DNA of 64,000 nucleotides from Malacoraja senta (GCA_038087875.1 CM075991.1:7938001-8002000), one strand, 5' to 3'. Counted from the stretch's first letter, positions 12,284 through 24,428 are shown. Made by a program: numbers and translations. Notes: generated by a model not told the origin, from the sequence alone.

Positions 12284-12833
12284 CTGGAGGAGCCCAGCGG
12301 GTCAAGCTGGAGATATCTCTGGAGAAAATTGATAGGGGACGTTTCAGGTCAGGACCCTTCTGATCTACATCGGTGAGACCAAGCGGAGGCTTGGCGATCG
12401 TTTCGCCGAACACCTCCGGTCGGTCCGCAATAACCAACCTGAACTCCCGGTGGCTCAGCACTTCAACTCCCCCTCCCATTCCGTATCTGACCTCTCTGTC
12501 CTGGGTCTCCTCCATGGCCACAGCGAGCAACACCGTAAATTGGAGGAAATGCACCTCATATTCCGCTTGGGCAGTCTACATCCTGGGGGCCTCAACATTG
12601 AATTCTCCCAATTCTGCTAGCCCTTGCTGTCCCCTCCCCTTCATCAGCCATCTGGTTGTCTCCTCCCCTCCCCCAGCCCTCGGGCTCCTCCTCCGCCTTT
12701 GTCCTTTTTTCCTTTCTTCTCCCCACCCCCTATCAGTCTGAAGAAGGGTTTCGGCCCGAAACGTTACCTATTTCCTTCGCTCCATAGATGCTGCTGCACC
12801 CGCTGAGTTTCTCCAGCATTTTTGTGTCCCTTC
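12284..12833 (+). mobile_element. 5'-truncated Penelope-like element: inverted terminal-repeat piece, GIY-YIG endonuclease C-terminus, 3' UTR and hammerhead-bearing terminal repeat
   Basis: 12363-12620 translates without stops as IYIGETKRRLGDRFAEHLRSVRNNQPELPVAQHFNSPSHSVSDLSVLGLLHGHSEQHRKLEEMHLIFRLGSLHPGGLNIEFSQFC* (YIG, R..R..EH, H, E, G.N motifs). It is followed by a pyrimidine tract and the ctgaagaagggtttcggcccgaaacgtt repeat; an inverted copy of that repeat sits immediately 5'. Confidence 0.9.
12738..12765 (+). ncRNA. Minimal type-I hammerhead ribozyme core (subfamily B)
   Basis: CUGAAGA-A-GGGU(UUCG)GCCC-GAAA-CG-UU; lies in the terminal repeat of the Penelope-like element; activity untested. 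Confidence 0.7.
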
Positions 12834-13151
12834 AGATTCATTTTTGGCCTGGATGATCTCAGGAAGGGTGGTTCCCCCTGATAGGGACGGTGGGATCCCG
12901 AGAAGGTTGCATCGTTGTGAACTGGTTGACTGTGTTCTAGTGGGCGGTGGGGAAGGGGGAAGGGGTACAAGGTTGGGGGAAAGCGAGGGGAGGGGAGGGG
13001 AGGGGAGAGGGGATTGTATGTAGAAATTACCTAAAAGTTAGAGAATGGATTGTAAGCTACCCAAGCAAAATATCAAGACATTACCTGATACAGATAGGCT
13101 TTATTCACAATGATTTGGGATAATAACACAAAGGCAAGGCCTAAAAGTGAG

Positions 13152-13365
13152 GCTGTGCAGGAGGGAACTGCAGATGCTGGTTTAAACCGAAGAGAGACAC
13201 AGAAAGCTGGAGTAACTCAGCGGGACAGGCAGCATCTTTGGAGAGAAGGAATGGGTGACGTTTCGCAGTCTGAAGAAGGGTCTCACCCGAAACATCACCC
13301 ATTCCTTCTCTCCAGAGATGCTGCCTGTCCCACTGAGCTGAGTTACTCCATCTTTTTGTGTCTAT
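13152..13365. mobile_element. Penelope-derived hammerhead hairpin element with 11-bp TSD
   Basis: Inverted plus forward terminal-repeat copies; CTAAAAGTGAG at 13141-13151 and 13366-13376. Confidence 0.8.
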
Positions 13366-13538
13366 CTAAAAGTGAGTCTACTTGGAGGGACAATCTTTTT
13401 AATTGTCTTCGTGGGACGTCAATGGAGACCAAACCGAGGGTGCTGTGAAATGGTCCTACGGTAGGTCTTAATTTCCTGAACAGTGAGGTTAAACAATACT
13501 CTGCCCTTGCACTAATGTTGTGAAGTACCCCACAAATT

Positions 13539-14157
13539 TAGATAATGGACAATAAACAATAGACAATAGGTGCAGGAGTAGGCCATTCGGCCCATCGAGC
13601 CAGCACTGCCATTCAATGTGATCATGGCTGATCATCCCCAAACAGTACCCCGTTCCTGCCTTCTCCCCATATCTCCTGACTCCACTATCGTTAAGAGCCC
13701 TATCTAGCTCTCTCTTGAAAGTATCCAGAGAACCGGCCTCCACCGCCCTCTGAGGCAGAGAATTCCACAGACTCACAACTCTCTGCGAGAAAAAGTGTTT
13801 CCTCGTCTCCGTTCTAAATGGCTTACCCCTTATTCTTAAACTGTGGCCCCTGGTTCTGGACTCCCCCAACATCGGGAACATGTTTCCTGCCTCTAGCGTG
13901 TCCGAACCATTAACAATCTTATATGTTTCAATAAGATATCCTCTCATCCTTCTAAACTCCAGAGTGTACAAGCCCAGCCACTCCATTCTCTCAGCATATG
14001 ACAGTCCCGCCATCCCGGGAATTAACCTTGTAAACCTACGCTGCACTCCCTCAATAGCAAGAATGTCCTTCCTCAAATTAGGGGACCAAAACTGCACACA
14101 ATACTCCAGGTGCGGTCTCACTAGGGCTCTGTACAACTGCAGAAGGACCTCTTTGCT
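13539..14157 (-). mobile_element. 5'-truncated CR1/HER1 LINE
   Basis: ORF 13489-14184: LYRALVRPHLEYCVQFWSP...TRGHSLRI...RVVSLWNSLP; (TATTGTC)n tail. Confidence 0.93.
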
Positions 14158-14387
14158 TGTATTCCATGCTTGTATAATGTGCATTCCATAACGATTTCCT
14201 GCTTTAGTTTAATTGTGATACCTTGCATTATCAGTGAAGTCTTTGACAATCGTTAAAATTTCAATAACAAAGCTCGCGTTCTCATGACTCATGTACCTAA
14301 TTAAAGCAATCGGTCTCTTCGTGAGGACAAGTCATTCTAATCCATTGTAATACAACTCAATTCCTGACAAAAACACTGAATGCCTTC

Positions 14388-15032
14388 AGGGCCTGTCCCA
14401 CTTGGGCCGTCACTTATGCGACAAGCCGGTAGTGACGGTCGCGCGACGGTCCCACGAGAGTCGAGCGCATCATCATGCGCCACGCAGCCGTCTGGAGCGC
14501 GTGACGTCATTTGAAGATGGACACAAAATGCAGGAGTAACTCAGCGGGACCAACAGCATCTCTGGAGAGAAGGAATGGATGATGTTTCGGGTCGAGACCC
14601 TTCTTCAGTCTGAAAGAAGGGTCTCGACCCGAAACGTCACCCATTCCTTCTCTCCAGAGATGCTGCCGGTCCCACTGAGTTACTCCTGCATTTTGTGTCT
14701 ATCTTCAATCATCTTGGCCCCGCTCTGGGAGTAGAAGTGGGGGGCGGATCCGGATCCGCAACGGCCGTGAGCCCCAGGCCGAGTTCGGCGATCGTTTGCC
14801 TGCTTCTGCTGCTGTTGGAGGTGAGACGTTGCGCCGCGCCAGGGTCTTGGGCCTGTCCCACTTCGGCCGTCAGTTACGCAACAGGCCGGTGGCGCGCAAA
14901 GATTTTGTGCAGGACGAAGCCCACACTCCTCCACGCCACTCCACACAACTCCATGCGCCCGTCCCCACGCTACCCACACGCTAGCAGGTCGCGTAAATGG
15001 CGCGCGAAAGACAGCCAAGTTGGACAGGCCCT
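14388..15032. mobile_element. Composite PIF/Harbinger-type MITE (645 bp) with duplicated left end and an internal hammerhead hairpin
   Basis: TTC|AGGGCCTGTCCCACTTGG ... CCAAGTTGGACAGGCCCT|TTC (3-bp TSD); second left-TIR copy at ~14849; 198-bp inverted repeat at 14511-14708. Confidence 0.85.
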
Positions 15033-15077
15033 TTCCTCTCCACTCATGTATAGCAGCATAGCATCATTGTTTGAAGG

Positions 15078-15735
15078 CACTAGGCCTGTACTCGCTGGAG
15101 TTTAGAAGGATGAGGTGGGTCCTCATTGAACCTTAAAGGGCCTGTCCCACTTGCCGATTTTTTTCGGCAACTGTTGGCGTCATTGACAGACGTATCAGGT
15201 CACCGAAAAAGTCGCGGCGTAACGCGGCGTGATGACGTATTGACGCGCGGTGTTTCCTGAAGTGTCGCAACATTTTTTCTGTCGCCTCTGGATTTTGAAA
15301 TGTTCAAAATCTTTCGGCGACCCTGATACGTCAGCCGGCACGCACCGAAAAAATCGCCAAGTGGGAGAGGCCCTTTATACCGAATAGTGAAAGACCTGGA
15401 TAGAGTGGATGTGGAAAGAATGTTTCCACTAGTGGGAGAGTCTAGGACCAGAGGACATATCCTCAGAATAAAAGGATGTACCTTTAGAAAAGAGATGAAG
15501 AGGAATTTCTTTATTCAGAGGAATTTCTTTATTAAGTGGGTGGTGAATCTGTGGAATCCATTGCCACAGACGGCAGTGGAGGCCAAGTCATTGGGTATTT
15601 TTAAAGCAGACATTGACGGGTTCTCGATTAGTAAGGGTGACAAAGGTTGTGGGGAGAAGGCAGGAGAATGGGGTTGAGAGGGAAAGTCAGATCAGCAATG
15701 ATTGAATGGCGGAGCAGACTCGATGGGCCGATTGA
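15078..15735 (+). mobile_element. CR1 3' fragment interrupted by a MITE
   Basis: ORF 15387-15677 LDRVDVERMFPLVGESRTRGH...NLWNPLPQTAVEA; CR1 3' UTR. Confidence 0.85.
15137..15374. mobile_element. PIF/Harbinger-type MITE (238 bp)
   Basis: TAA|AGGGCCTGTCCCACTTG ... CAAGTGGGAGAGGCCCT|TTA; long subterminal inverted repeats. Confidence 0.85.
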
Positions 15736-15774
15736 CCTTATTTATCACAAAGTGTAATGAGTATCCATGAGAGG

Positions 15775-16033
15775 TTCGGCGGCACAGTGGCGCAGTGGTA
15801 GAGGTGCTGCCTTACAGCGCCAGAGACCCGGGTTCGATCCTGACTATGGGTGCTGGCTGTACTCCGTTTTATGATATCCCTGTGACTGCGTCGCTTTTCT
15901 CTGGGTGCTTCGGTTTCTTCCCACACATTCCAAAGAAGCACAGGTTTGTAGGTTAATTGGCTTCGGTGAAATTGTCCCCCAGAGTGCAGGGTAGTCTTAG
16001 TGTATGGGGTGATCACTGGTCAGTGCGGACTTA
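15775..16033 (+). mobile_element. HE1/V-SINE (tail resumes at ~16551 after an unknown insert)
   Basis: ggcggcacagtggcgcagtggtagag..gggttcgatcc head and V-domain. Confidence 0.85.
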
Positions 16034-17329
16034 TTGATTAGTAGGACTGGATGTTACAATCCCTAAGGTTCTTGACCACAACTGACACCCGGTATTCTTG
16101 GGGGTGACCACCAGGTGATTTTGCTACCAATCAGACACATCTTCAGTTGTGTACCTCAACGTCACTGGGTGGTTCGGCCTTTTATCACAAGACAGCCTCA
16201 GTCGAGGCAGGCCCACCGCAGGGTGATCAGCCCTGGGTGTGTGTCTTATGGTTAGCCTCTAGATGGTCACGTGACAGCCCAGACAGCATCTTTTCTCTTC
16301 AGCCACAGCCAGTGACGGCTCCATTCGGCTTTTTTCCCTTCCATCTTCCTCTCTACCGCTGACTGTGGCTGGTTGGGGCTCTGGACTCGTGTCCCTTGGT
16401 GGGACAGTACTTGGTTGGGCTTCGCCTGGGGTGCTGATACCCTGTGGACTGTGGTGGTTAACCTGCCACTGGGCTTCAATCGACTGATTTGGCCTACCTC
16501 TTAGAAGGTAATGGTCAATGCTAGGCCCCACACCAAGCTCTCCCAGGCATCGAAGGGCCTGCTACTCGGCTGTATCTCGAAATGAATGAATGAATGAATG
16601 AAGTCTAAAGGTTCATCTTATTCTGGAGATGGCGTTGGATGGAAGTGGGCTGAATGTGCAAATTTTGATCAGGAGACAAAGCTAGGATTGACGCTTACAG
16701 GACAGAATCCTTGGCAAATAGTGCTCTCCAGTCCTGACTTATTGTCACAGAGTTGAGAAGGTTACCCAAATGTCACACCGTAGATCCACCAGCAAGTGGG
16801 AAAGAAAATAAGTAAAGCTTAATAAACTATGAATGAGAAGGTGGTTTAAAAAAACAACTGAAGATCTCTTTCTATTATTTTGAATGGGTCCTACCAAGGG
16901 AAATATACGCGTGGTAAATATTCATCTAAATAAATGACTAAATCTTATTCTGAATGCAGATCCTGTATAATCCTATAGTGGCTTATCAGTGGAGTAAGCC
17001 AAAGTATTAACAAAGCTGAATAATGTCAATATAGTGCAAGATACATCAACATCCAGCCTTCAGTAATATGAATACAAAGCAATCTCCTCCGTATTATTAT
17101 TAATAAAAGATTGCAAATAAGTCAGGAAATTGATTTGAGATCCTCCTGTTTATTTGTGACTCTAAAGCCTTTGGTGGTGGTATTGAGTCGAAGATTATTT
17201 TTTCTACATGAATGGGAATAAAGATCCTGTAATTGGAATACCGTGGATTTACAAATGCCTGTGTGAAAAGTCACGGAGACCCCAATTTGTTAGAATAGCT
17301 GCACAAACGCATTCCAAATCTATGCTTCA

Positions 17330-17635
17330 GTTTAATTTAGATTGGAGGTACAGCATGGAGACAGGCCCTTTGGCCAACCTGACCACATTGTCCACCCATT
17401 CACGTTAGTTCTCTATATCCCACACACGCATCCACTCCAGACACAGGGGACAATTTGCAGAGGCCAGTTAACCTACAAATATTTTGGATGTGGGAATGAA
17501 CTGGAACACCAGGAGGAAACCCACGCGGTCGCAGGCAAAACGTGCAAACACCACATTGGCAGCGCCCGAGGTCAGGATCGAACCCGGGTCTCAGGTGATG
17601 TGAGGCAGCAGCTCTGGCAGTTGTCCCACTGTGTT
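17330..17635 (-). mobile_element. HE1/V-SINE
   Basis: Reverse complement of the SINE consensus (ggatcgaacccgggtctc B box). Confidence 0.8.
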
Positions 17636-17744
17636 GCTCAAAGGCTGTACAACCTTCACAGAGAGTACAGGGTTGCAAGACAATGTTTGAGCTGTGCTGT
17701 TACTGTGAGGTCATTTATCTGTAGATAGGGTTGTTTAAACCAAA

Positions 17745-18302
17745 GGGTGGCACGCTGGTGCTGCGGTAGAGTCGCTGCCTTACAGCGCCAGAGACCCCGG
17801 TTCGATCCTGCCTACAAGTGCCATCAGTACGGATTTTTAGGAGGACAAAAATGCTGGAGAAACTCAGCAGGTGAGGCAGCATCTATGGAGCGAAGGAATT
17901 GGTGATGTTTCGGGTCGACACCCTTCTTCAGACTGATCAGTATGGAGTTTGTACGTTCTCCCCGTGACCGCGTGGGTTTTTCCCGGGTGCTCCTGTTTCC
18001 TCCCACAATCCAAAGACGTACAGGTCTGTTGGATAATTTGGCTTTAGTAAAAATTGTAAATTGTCCCCAGTGAAACAGATAAAGAGATACAGCGCGGGAA
18101 CAGGCTCTTTGTCCCACCGGGTCCGCGCCAACCAGCGATCCCCGCACATTAACACTATCCTACACACACTAGTGACAATTTTTACATTTACCAAGCCTAA
18201 TGTGTAGGATAGTGCTAGTGTACAGGGATCGCTGGTCGGCGCGGACTCGGTGGGCCGAAGGACCTGTTTCCGCGCTGTATCTCTAAACTCAACTAAACTA
18301 AA
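17745..18302 (+). mobile_element. HE1/V-SINE containing a hammerhead element (17838-17935) and an inverted SINE tail (18082-18195)
   Basis: SINE head at 17745; insert flanked by ATCAGTAYGGAKTTT (17823-17837, 17936-17950); (AAACT)n tail at ~18285. Confidence 0.8.
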
Positions 18303-19214
18303 GGTACATGGCAATAGTCACCATGACTATATGAGCAGCCATCTTACTAACTTGCCAATGGTTGGGAATGTGGCTTTCCAGAGGTGGGTAATGTCATAAG
18401 GTGTCCAGTATGTTTCAGTCTCCAGAGAGAGATACTTATAAAACATTTGCTTAAATTTGAAGGTAGTCAAAATTTGAAGTATTTTTAGGAGAAATACAAG
18501 TGTTCCTAAATAAAAGTGGCAAGGGGTTTAAAACTGCTTCAGGAGTGTACTCTGTGTGAGATCATCGTGTGTGAAACTGGTCCACTTGGCATCTTTCTGT
18601 TTCTTGTAAGACATCCTTCTCTTGCTCAATCGTTCTGTCTCACTCAAAGTTTTGACTCAGAAATTTCATGAGTCTTTTCTGCCTAGTGAAGCAGAAAGTA
18701 TGATTACTAACGTAATAAAATAAAATCCAATTACTGTATCTATCCCTTTATTGCATTTTAACTGATTTGCTGAGTCAACAAGTACCAGTAATAGTCGACA
18801 CCTCCTGACTATCTTTAATTGTACACATAGACACAAAAAGCTGGGCTAGCTCAGTGGGACAGGCAGCATCTCTGGAGAGAAGGAATGGGTGACGTTTCGG
18901 GTGGAGACCCTCCACTGGGTTTTACCTTGCGCTAAACGTTATTCCCTTTATCCTGTATCTGCACACTGTGGACGGCTTGATTGTAATCCTGTATAGTCTT
19001 TCCGCTGACTGGATAGCATGGAACAAAAATGCTTTTCACTGTGTCAGGGTAGACGTGACAATAAACTAAACTAAACGAAAGTGATCTCAATATCTGATAT
19101 CATTACTGTCTTCAGTACCTTCTGCTCACTTCCACAGCATATATCTGTAGTGACAGCAAATTATAGCTATCTTTTAGCCCGTCTTGTAGCCCATCGACAC
19201 AGTAGAGCTGAGGC

Positions 19215-20062
19215 TCTATAAGGCACAGGTCCGGACGCATTTGGAGCACGGTCAGCAAATGTGGGACCCGTATCTGAGGAAGGATGTGCTGGCTCCAGAG
19301 AGGGTCCAGAGGAGGTTTACAAGAATAATTCCAGGAACGAGTGGGTGAGCAGATGATGAGCGTTTGACAACACTGGGCCTCTACTCGCTGGAGTTTAGAA
19401 GGTTGAGGGGGGACCTCATTGAAACTTACCGAATAGTGAAAGGCTTGGACACAGTGGATGTGGAGAGGATGTCTCCACTAGTGGGAGAGTCTAGAGGACT
19501 AGAGGTCCTCTAGAATAATGAAAGGCATAGATAGAGTGGATGTGGAAAGGATGTTTCCACTGGTGGGAGAGTCTAGGACCAGAGGTCATAGCCTCGGAAT
19601 TAAAGGGCGCTCTTTTAGAAAGGAGGTGAGGAGGAACTTCTTTAGTTAGAAGGTAGTTAATCTGTGGAAATTGCCACAGAGGGCTGTGGAGGCCATCAGT
19701 GGATATTTGTAAGGCAGAGATAAACAAATTCTTGATTAGAACGGGTGTCATGGGTTATGGGGAGAAGGCAGGAAAATGGGATTAGGAGGCAGAGATTGTG
19801 AACCTACGCAGTTAATTCCCTCGTGTACTAAAACTGCACACAATACTCCAGGCGTGGTCTCACTAGGGCCCTGTTCAACTGAAGAAGGACCTCTTTACTC
19901 CTATACTCAACTCCTCTTGTTATGAAGGCAACATGCCATTAACTTTCTTCACTGCCTGCTGTACCTGCATGCTTACTTTCAGTGACTGATGAACAAGGAT
20001 CCCCAGATCTCTTTGTACTTCCCCATTTCCCAACGACACCATTCAGATAATAATCTACCTTC
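19215..20062. mobile_element. Two abutting CR1 fragments (+ 19215-19797 with an internal ~75-bp tandem duplication; - 19797-20062)
   Basis: CR1 ORF2 C-terminal nucleotide motifs; gtggatgtgga..gtgggagagtctag..agaggtc repeated twice. Confidence 0.8.
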
Positions 20063-20547
20063 CTATATGTTATGGGAGTAGAATGGCCTAATTCTATAAC
20101 CTGTGAATGTGAATGTGATAGAGTGAAAGGTCTCAGGATATCTCACATATGTGCAAAGCATGATCCCACTGATTGCAATGCAGATCCCAGGACAACCAGA
20201 TTCAGGAACAGCTTCTTCCCCACTGAAATCAGACTACAAAATGGACCTCTCATTAGCTAATGGTGTAGCCCCGATCTTCCAATCTACCCCCTTGCACTTT
20301 AAAAAAAAATATCTGCATTCTCTCTGCAGCTGTAACATAATATGCTGCACTCTGGCTATTATTCTCTTTGCGTTATGTGTTGTGCTACTGATTGGATTGA
20401 TTGGCCTCATATCAGAGCACATTGCTGAGCAACTATGCTCTGCAACCTGGTATTTTTCTCCCTGCTCCATCTGTTGTATTTGTGTTTGGGCTGATTGTAT
20501 TCATGTATGGTATTATCTAATTTAATTGGATAGCATTGCAAACAAAA

Positions 20548-20795
20548 GGGGTGGTACTTTGGCTCAGCGGTAGAGCAGCTGTCTCACAGCGCCAGGGACC
20601 CGGTTTGATCCTGACCAAGGGTGTATCTGAATGGAGTTTGACCTGGAGTTTGTAGGTTAATTCGCTTGGTAAAATTGTAAATTGTCCCTAGTGTGTGTGT
20701 GTGTGTGTAGGATAGCATTAATGTGCGGGGATCGCAGGTCGACGTGGACTCGGTGGGCTGAAGGGCCTGTTTCTGCGCTGTATCTCTAAAACTAA
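20548..20795 (+). mobile_element. HE1/V-SINE, internally deleted
   Basis: tRNA-like head and aagggcctgtttc..tatctctaaaacta tail. Confidence 0.8.
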
Positions 20796-21066
20796 AGATT
20801 TAATAAAAATGCTTTTGACTGTAAGTTGGTACATATGACAATAATAAACCTAATGCATTTCTCTCCACTTTTGCTGCCTGGCCTACTGTGGGTTTTTTTT
20901 TCGCTCATCAACATCAGTAAGTTCACAGAGTGTTGAATCTTGCTCACAACAACACAAGAAACTCTCCTTATTCTCTTCAAAATAGTACACTGGGGCTTTT
21001 TTTACACTTAGCTGAGAAAGTGTAGGCTTGGATTTAATCTCACATCGGAAAAACTGTGAAAGAGGT

Positions 21067-21094
21067 CTGAAGAAGGGTCTCGACCCGAAACGTC
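21067..21094 (+). ncRNA. Minimal hammerhead core (subfamily A)
   Basis: CUGAAGA-A-GGGU(CUCG)ACCC-GAAA-CG-UC. Confidence 0.65.
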
Positions 21095-21816
21095 ATCCAT
21101 TCCTTATCTCCAGAGATGCTGCCTGTCCCACTGAGTTTTCTCCAGCATTTTGTGTCTACCTCTGAACGACAGGTTGGCTTCTAACCGTTTCTTGACCATG
21201 GGACCCCAGTATGGTGTTGTGTGTGGCCAAGGTGTAATGATATTCAACAACCTTCTCCGGTGTGGGAAGGAACTGCAGATGCTGGTTTAAACCGAAGATA
21301 GGCACAAAATGCTGGAGTAACTCTCCGGGTCAGACAGCATCTCTGGGGAAAAGGAATAGGTGACGCTTCACGTCGAGACCCTTCTTCATTTTGAAGAAGT
21401 CTGAAGAAGGGTCTCGGCCGGAAACGTCACCTATTCCTTTTCTCCGTACATACTCCCATGTGTGTGTTGGCATTATACATGCAGCAGGCAATCCAGCTAT
21501 GGAAAGAAAAATGTGTCATTGCTTGCACTATCTGTGTTCGACAAATGTAAAAACCATCTCATTACCGCACTGCTATCCTCTGTTTGATGTTGCTCAAATT
21601 AATATGATTAAGTATAACGCTGCTTGGGCACTGGAGCTGAACTGGCGTTCAGTTGTGCTTGATAGGATTTATTGTTCAAAATTTACTGTTGTCAATGGAA
21701 GTGAATGCATTGGTTGGAACACAGCTCTTTAGCCCTGCTCACTCATCCAGCAACTGAGGCATATCTTACTGACCAGGTGTCATGGACATTGGTGGGTTTT
21801 TCACTAACTTCTCTTA

Positions 21817-22932
21817 TTAGTTTAGTTTAGAGATACAGTGTGGAAACAGGCCCTTTTGGCCCACCGTGCGGACCAGCGATCCCCGCACATTAACACTATC
21901 CTATACCCACTGGGGACAACTTTTACATTTACCAAGCCAATTAGCCTACATACCTTTACGTCTTTGGAGTGTGGGAGAAAACCCACACAGGTCACGGGGA
22001 GAACGTACAAACTCCGTACAGACTTCACCCGTAGTCGGGATCGAACCCGGGTCTCGAACCAAATCTGAGGAAGGACATTATAGCCATAGAGGGAGTGCAG
22101 AGAAGGTTCACCAGACTGATTCCTGGGATGTCAGGACTTTCATATGAAGAAAGACTGGATAGACTTGGCTTATACTCGCTAGAATTTAGGAGATTGAGAG
22201 GGGCTCTTATTGAAACATACAAAATTCTTATGGGGTTGGACAGGCTAGATGCAGGAAGATTGTTCCCGATGTTGGGGAAGTCCAGGACAAGGGGTCACAG
22301 CTTAAGGATAAGGGGGAAATCCTTTAAGACCGAGATGAGGAAAAACTTTTTCACACAGGGTGGTGAATCTCTGGAACTCTCTGCCACAGAGGGTAGTTGA
22401 GGCCAGTTCATTGGCTATATTTAAGAGGGAGTTAGATGTGGCCCTTGTGGCTAAAGGGATCAGGGGGTATGGAGAGAAGGCAGGTACAGGATACTGAGTT
22501 GGATGATCAGCCATGATCATATTGAATGGCGGTGCAGGCTCAAAGGGCCGAATGGCCTACTCCTGCACCTATTTTCTATGTTTCTATGTATCTATGTCTC
22601 CGGCGCTGCATTCGCTGTGAGGCAGCAACTCGACCTGCCACAGCCAGACATAAAAACTGTTTTTATCCACGAGTAGTTGCTCTACTCAACAGTCAAAAAT
22701 CTGTAGCCTCCCTTTGATCTGGTATTTTGTTGGTTCACATGCTTGATCAATGGTGTTTTATCATTAATGTTTTATTATTATTAATGTTTAGTGTTTTCTG
22801 AGTCATTCGTAACTGTCACTGTGTGTCATGTTGTTACTTGTGGGCAGAGCACCAAGGCAAATTCCTTGTATGTGAATACTTGGCCAATAAACTCACTTAC
22901 TTACTTACTTACTACCTCTGCGCCACCATGCC
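21817..22932 (-). mobile_element. HE1/V-SINE split by a CR1 insertion (22059-22598, +) and a Rex1-like 3' end (22632-22912, +, (TTAC)n tail)
   Basis: SINE reads gaacccgggtctc|CR1|cggcgctg..gcagcaactc|Rex-like|tctgcgccaccatgcc. Confidence 0.8.
22059..22598 (+). mobile_element. 5'-truncated CR1/HER1 LINE
   Basis: ORF 22095-22400 QRRFTRLIPGMSGLSYEERLDRLGLYSLEFRRLRG; (TATGTTTC)n tail. Confidence 0.92.
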
Positions 22933-23369
22933 ATCTCTCAGAACAGAAGGCTGTGGAGGCCAAGTCAATGGATATTTATAAAACAGAGATAGATAGATTC
23001 TTGATTAGTACGGGTGTCGGGGCTATGGGGAGAAGGCAGGGGAATGGAATTGAGAGGGAGAGATAGATCAGCCATGATTGAATGGTGGAATCGACTTGAT
23101 GGGCTGAATGGCCTAATTCTCCTCCTATCGCGTATGAACCTCTGAATTCCCCAGAGTGATTCATAAATTATCTTTGAAACCCTGCAATGATGGGAAACGT
23201 AGCAACACAATTAAAGTTTCACAAGTTAACGTGAGGTAAACTATCTAGCCTCAGTGATGGATAGATGTTGATCATAACATTGGCAAACCTATGATGTTTG
23301 TTAAAAGCCTTATCTGCTGACAACATTCCTGAACGGTGGTAATCCCTGTAACTCCTTAACCTGTCTTTT

Positions 23370-23655
23370 ATAGTTTAGTTTAGTTCAGGGAGAGAGCGTG
23401 AAAATGGGCCCTTTGCCCCACAAAGTCCGTGCCGTCCAACAATCGCCCCGTACACTAGTTCTATCCGACACTCTAGGCGCAATTTATACCAAGCCAATCG
23501 ACCTACAAACCTGTGTGGGAGGAAACCGGAGTTCCGGAAGAAAACCCAATGCAGGTCACGGGGAGAACGTACAAACTCCGTACAGACAGCACCCGTAGTC
23601 AGGATCGAACCCGGGTCTCTGGCGCTGTGCGACAGGATTCTACCGCTGCGCCATG
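23370..23655 (-). mobile_element. HE1/V-SINE
   Basis: (AGTTT)n tail, V-domain and B box on the minus strand. Confidence 0.85.
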
Positions 23656-23761
23656 TTGCAGAATGCCCATCAGCATCGACAGCCATTTTCTAACACCCCC
23701 TCATCAATTGTACAGAACAAACGATAAGTCATGTATTGGAATCTAGCAAAGTAACACTGAC

Positions 23762-23858
23762 GGTACACAAAAATGCTGGAGAAACTCAGCGGGTGCAGCA
23801 GCATCTATGGAGCGAAGGAAATAGGCAACGTTTCGGGCCGAAACCCTTCTTCAGACTC
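23762..23858 (-). mobile_element. Monomeric hammerhead element (subfamily B) with 9-bp TSD
   Basis: AACACTGAC at 23753-23761 and 23859-23867; intact core on the minus strand. Confidence 0.8.
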
Positions 23859-24171
23859 AACACTGACTACTGGCTCAGCATAGTTTTGGTCACTGCCATC
23901 TCCTCACTTAAGTGGCGACTCTCATGCCAACATGTCTGTCACCACTGTTCCATATCCCCTTTTAATTCATGTCATCAGTTGGACACTAAGTGGCAGCAGT
24001 TGAGGACTGGCCCTCACTGTTTGTTTTTTGTGCTGGATTATTTTCGCACTGCCAAGCCTGAGTTTTAAGTCCTTGATTAAAATATGGTGTCAAGCTCTTA
24101 AACTTCTTAAGAGTCAGCATCTCTTGAATGAATAAGTAAAATGGTCCATTCACACCTTAAGTTTACCATGT

Positions 24172-24428
24172 GGAGGAAAGAACTGCATACGTTGGTTTAA
24201 ACCGAAGATAGATATAAAAAGCTGGAATAACTCAGTGGGGACAGGTAGCATCTATGGAGAGAAGGAATGGGTGATGTTTCGGGTCAAGACCCTTCTTCAG
24301 ACCTGAAGTCTCTTTCCCGCGACTCCTAGTCTGAAGAAGGGTCTCGACCCGAAACGTCACCCATTCCTTTTCTCCAGAGATGCAGCCTGGCCCGTTGTGT
24401 TACTCCAGCTTTACATGTCTATCTTCAG
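24172..24428. mobile_element. Hammerhead hairpin element (inverted + forward copy); intact + strand core at 24331-24358
   Basis: ctgaagaagggtctcgacccgaaacgtc at 24331-24358, reverse copy at ~24272-24300. Confidence 0.8.

Noticed and set aside
14511..14708. Hammerhead hairpins as miRNA precursors or classical MITEs
   Set aside because: Arms are opposed copies of the Penelope terminal repeat with variable breakpoints and variable-length TSDs; no fixed TIR ends. Small-RNA production cannot be judged from sequence.
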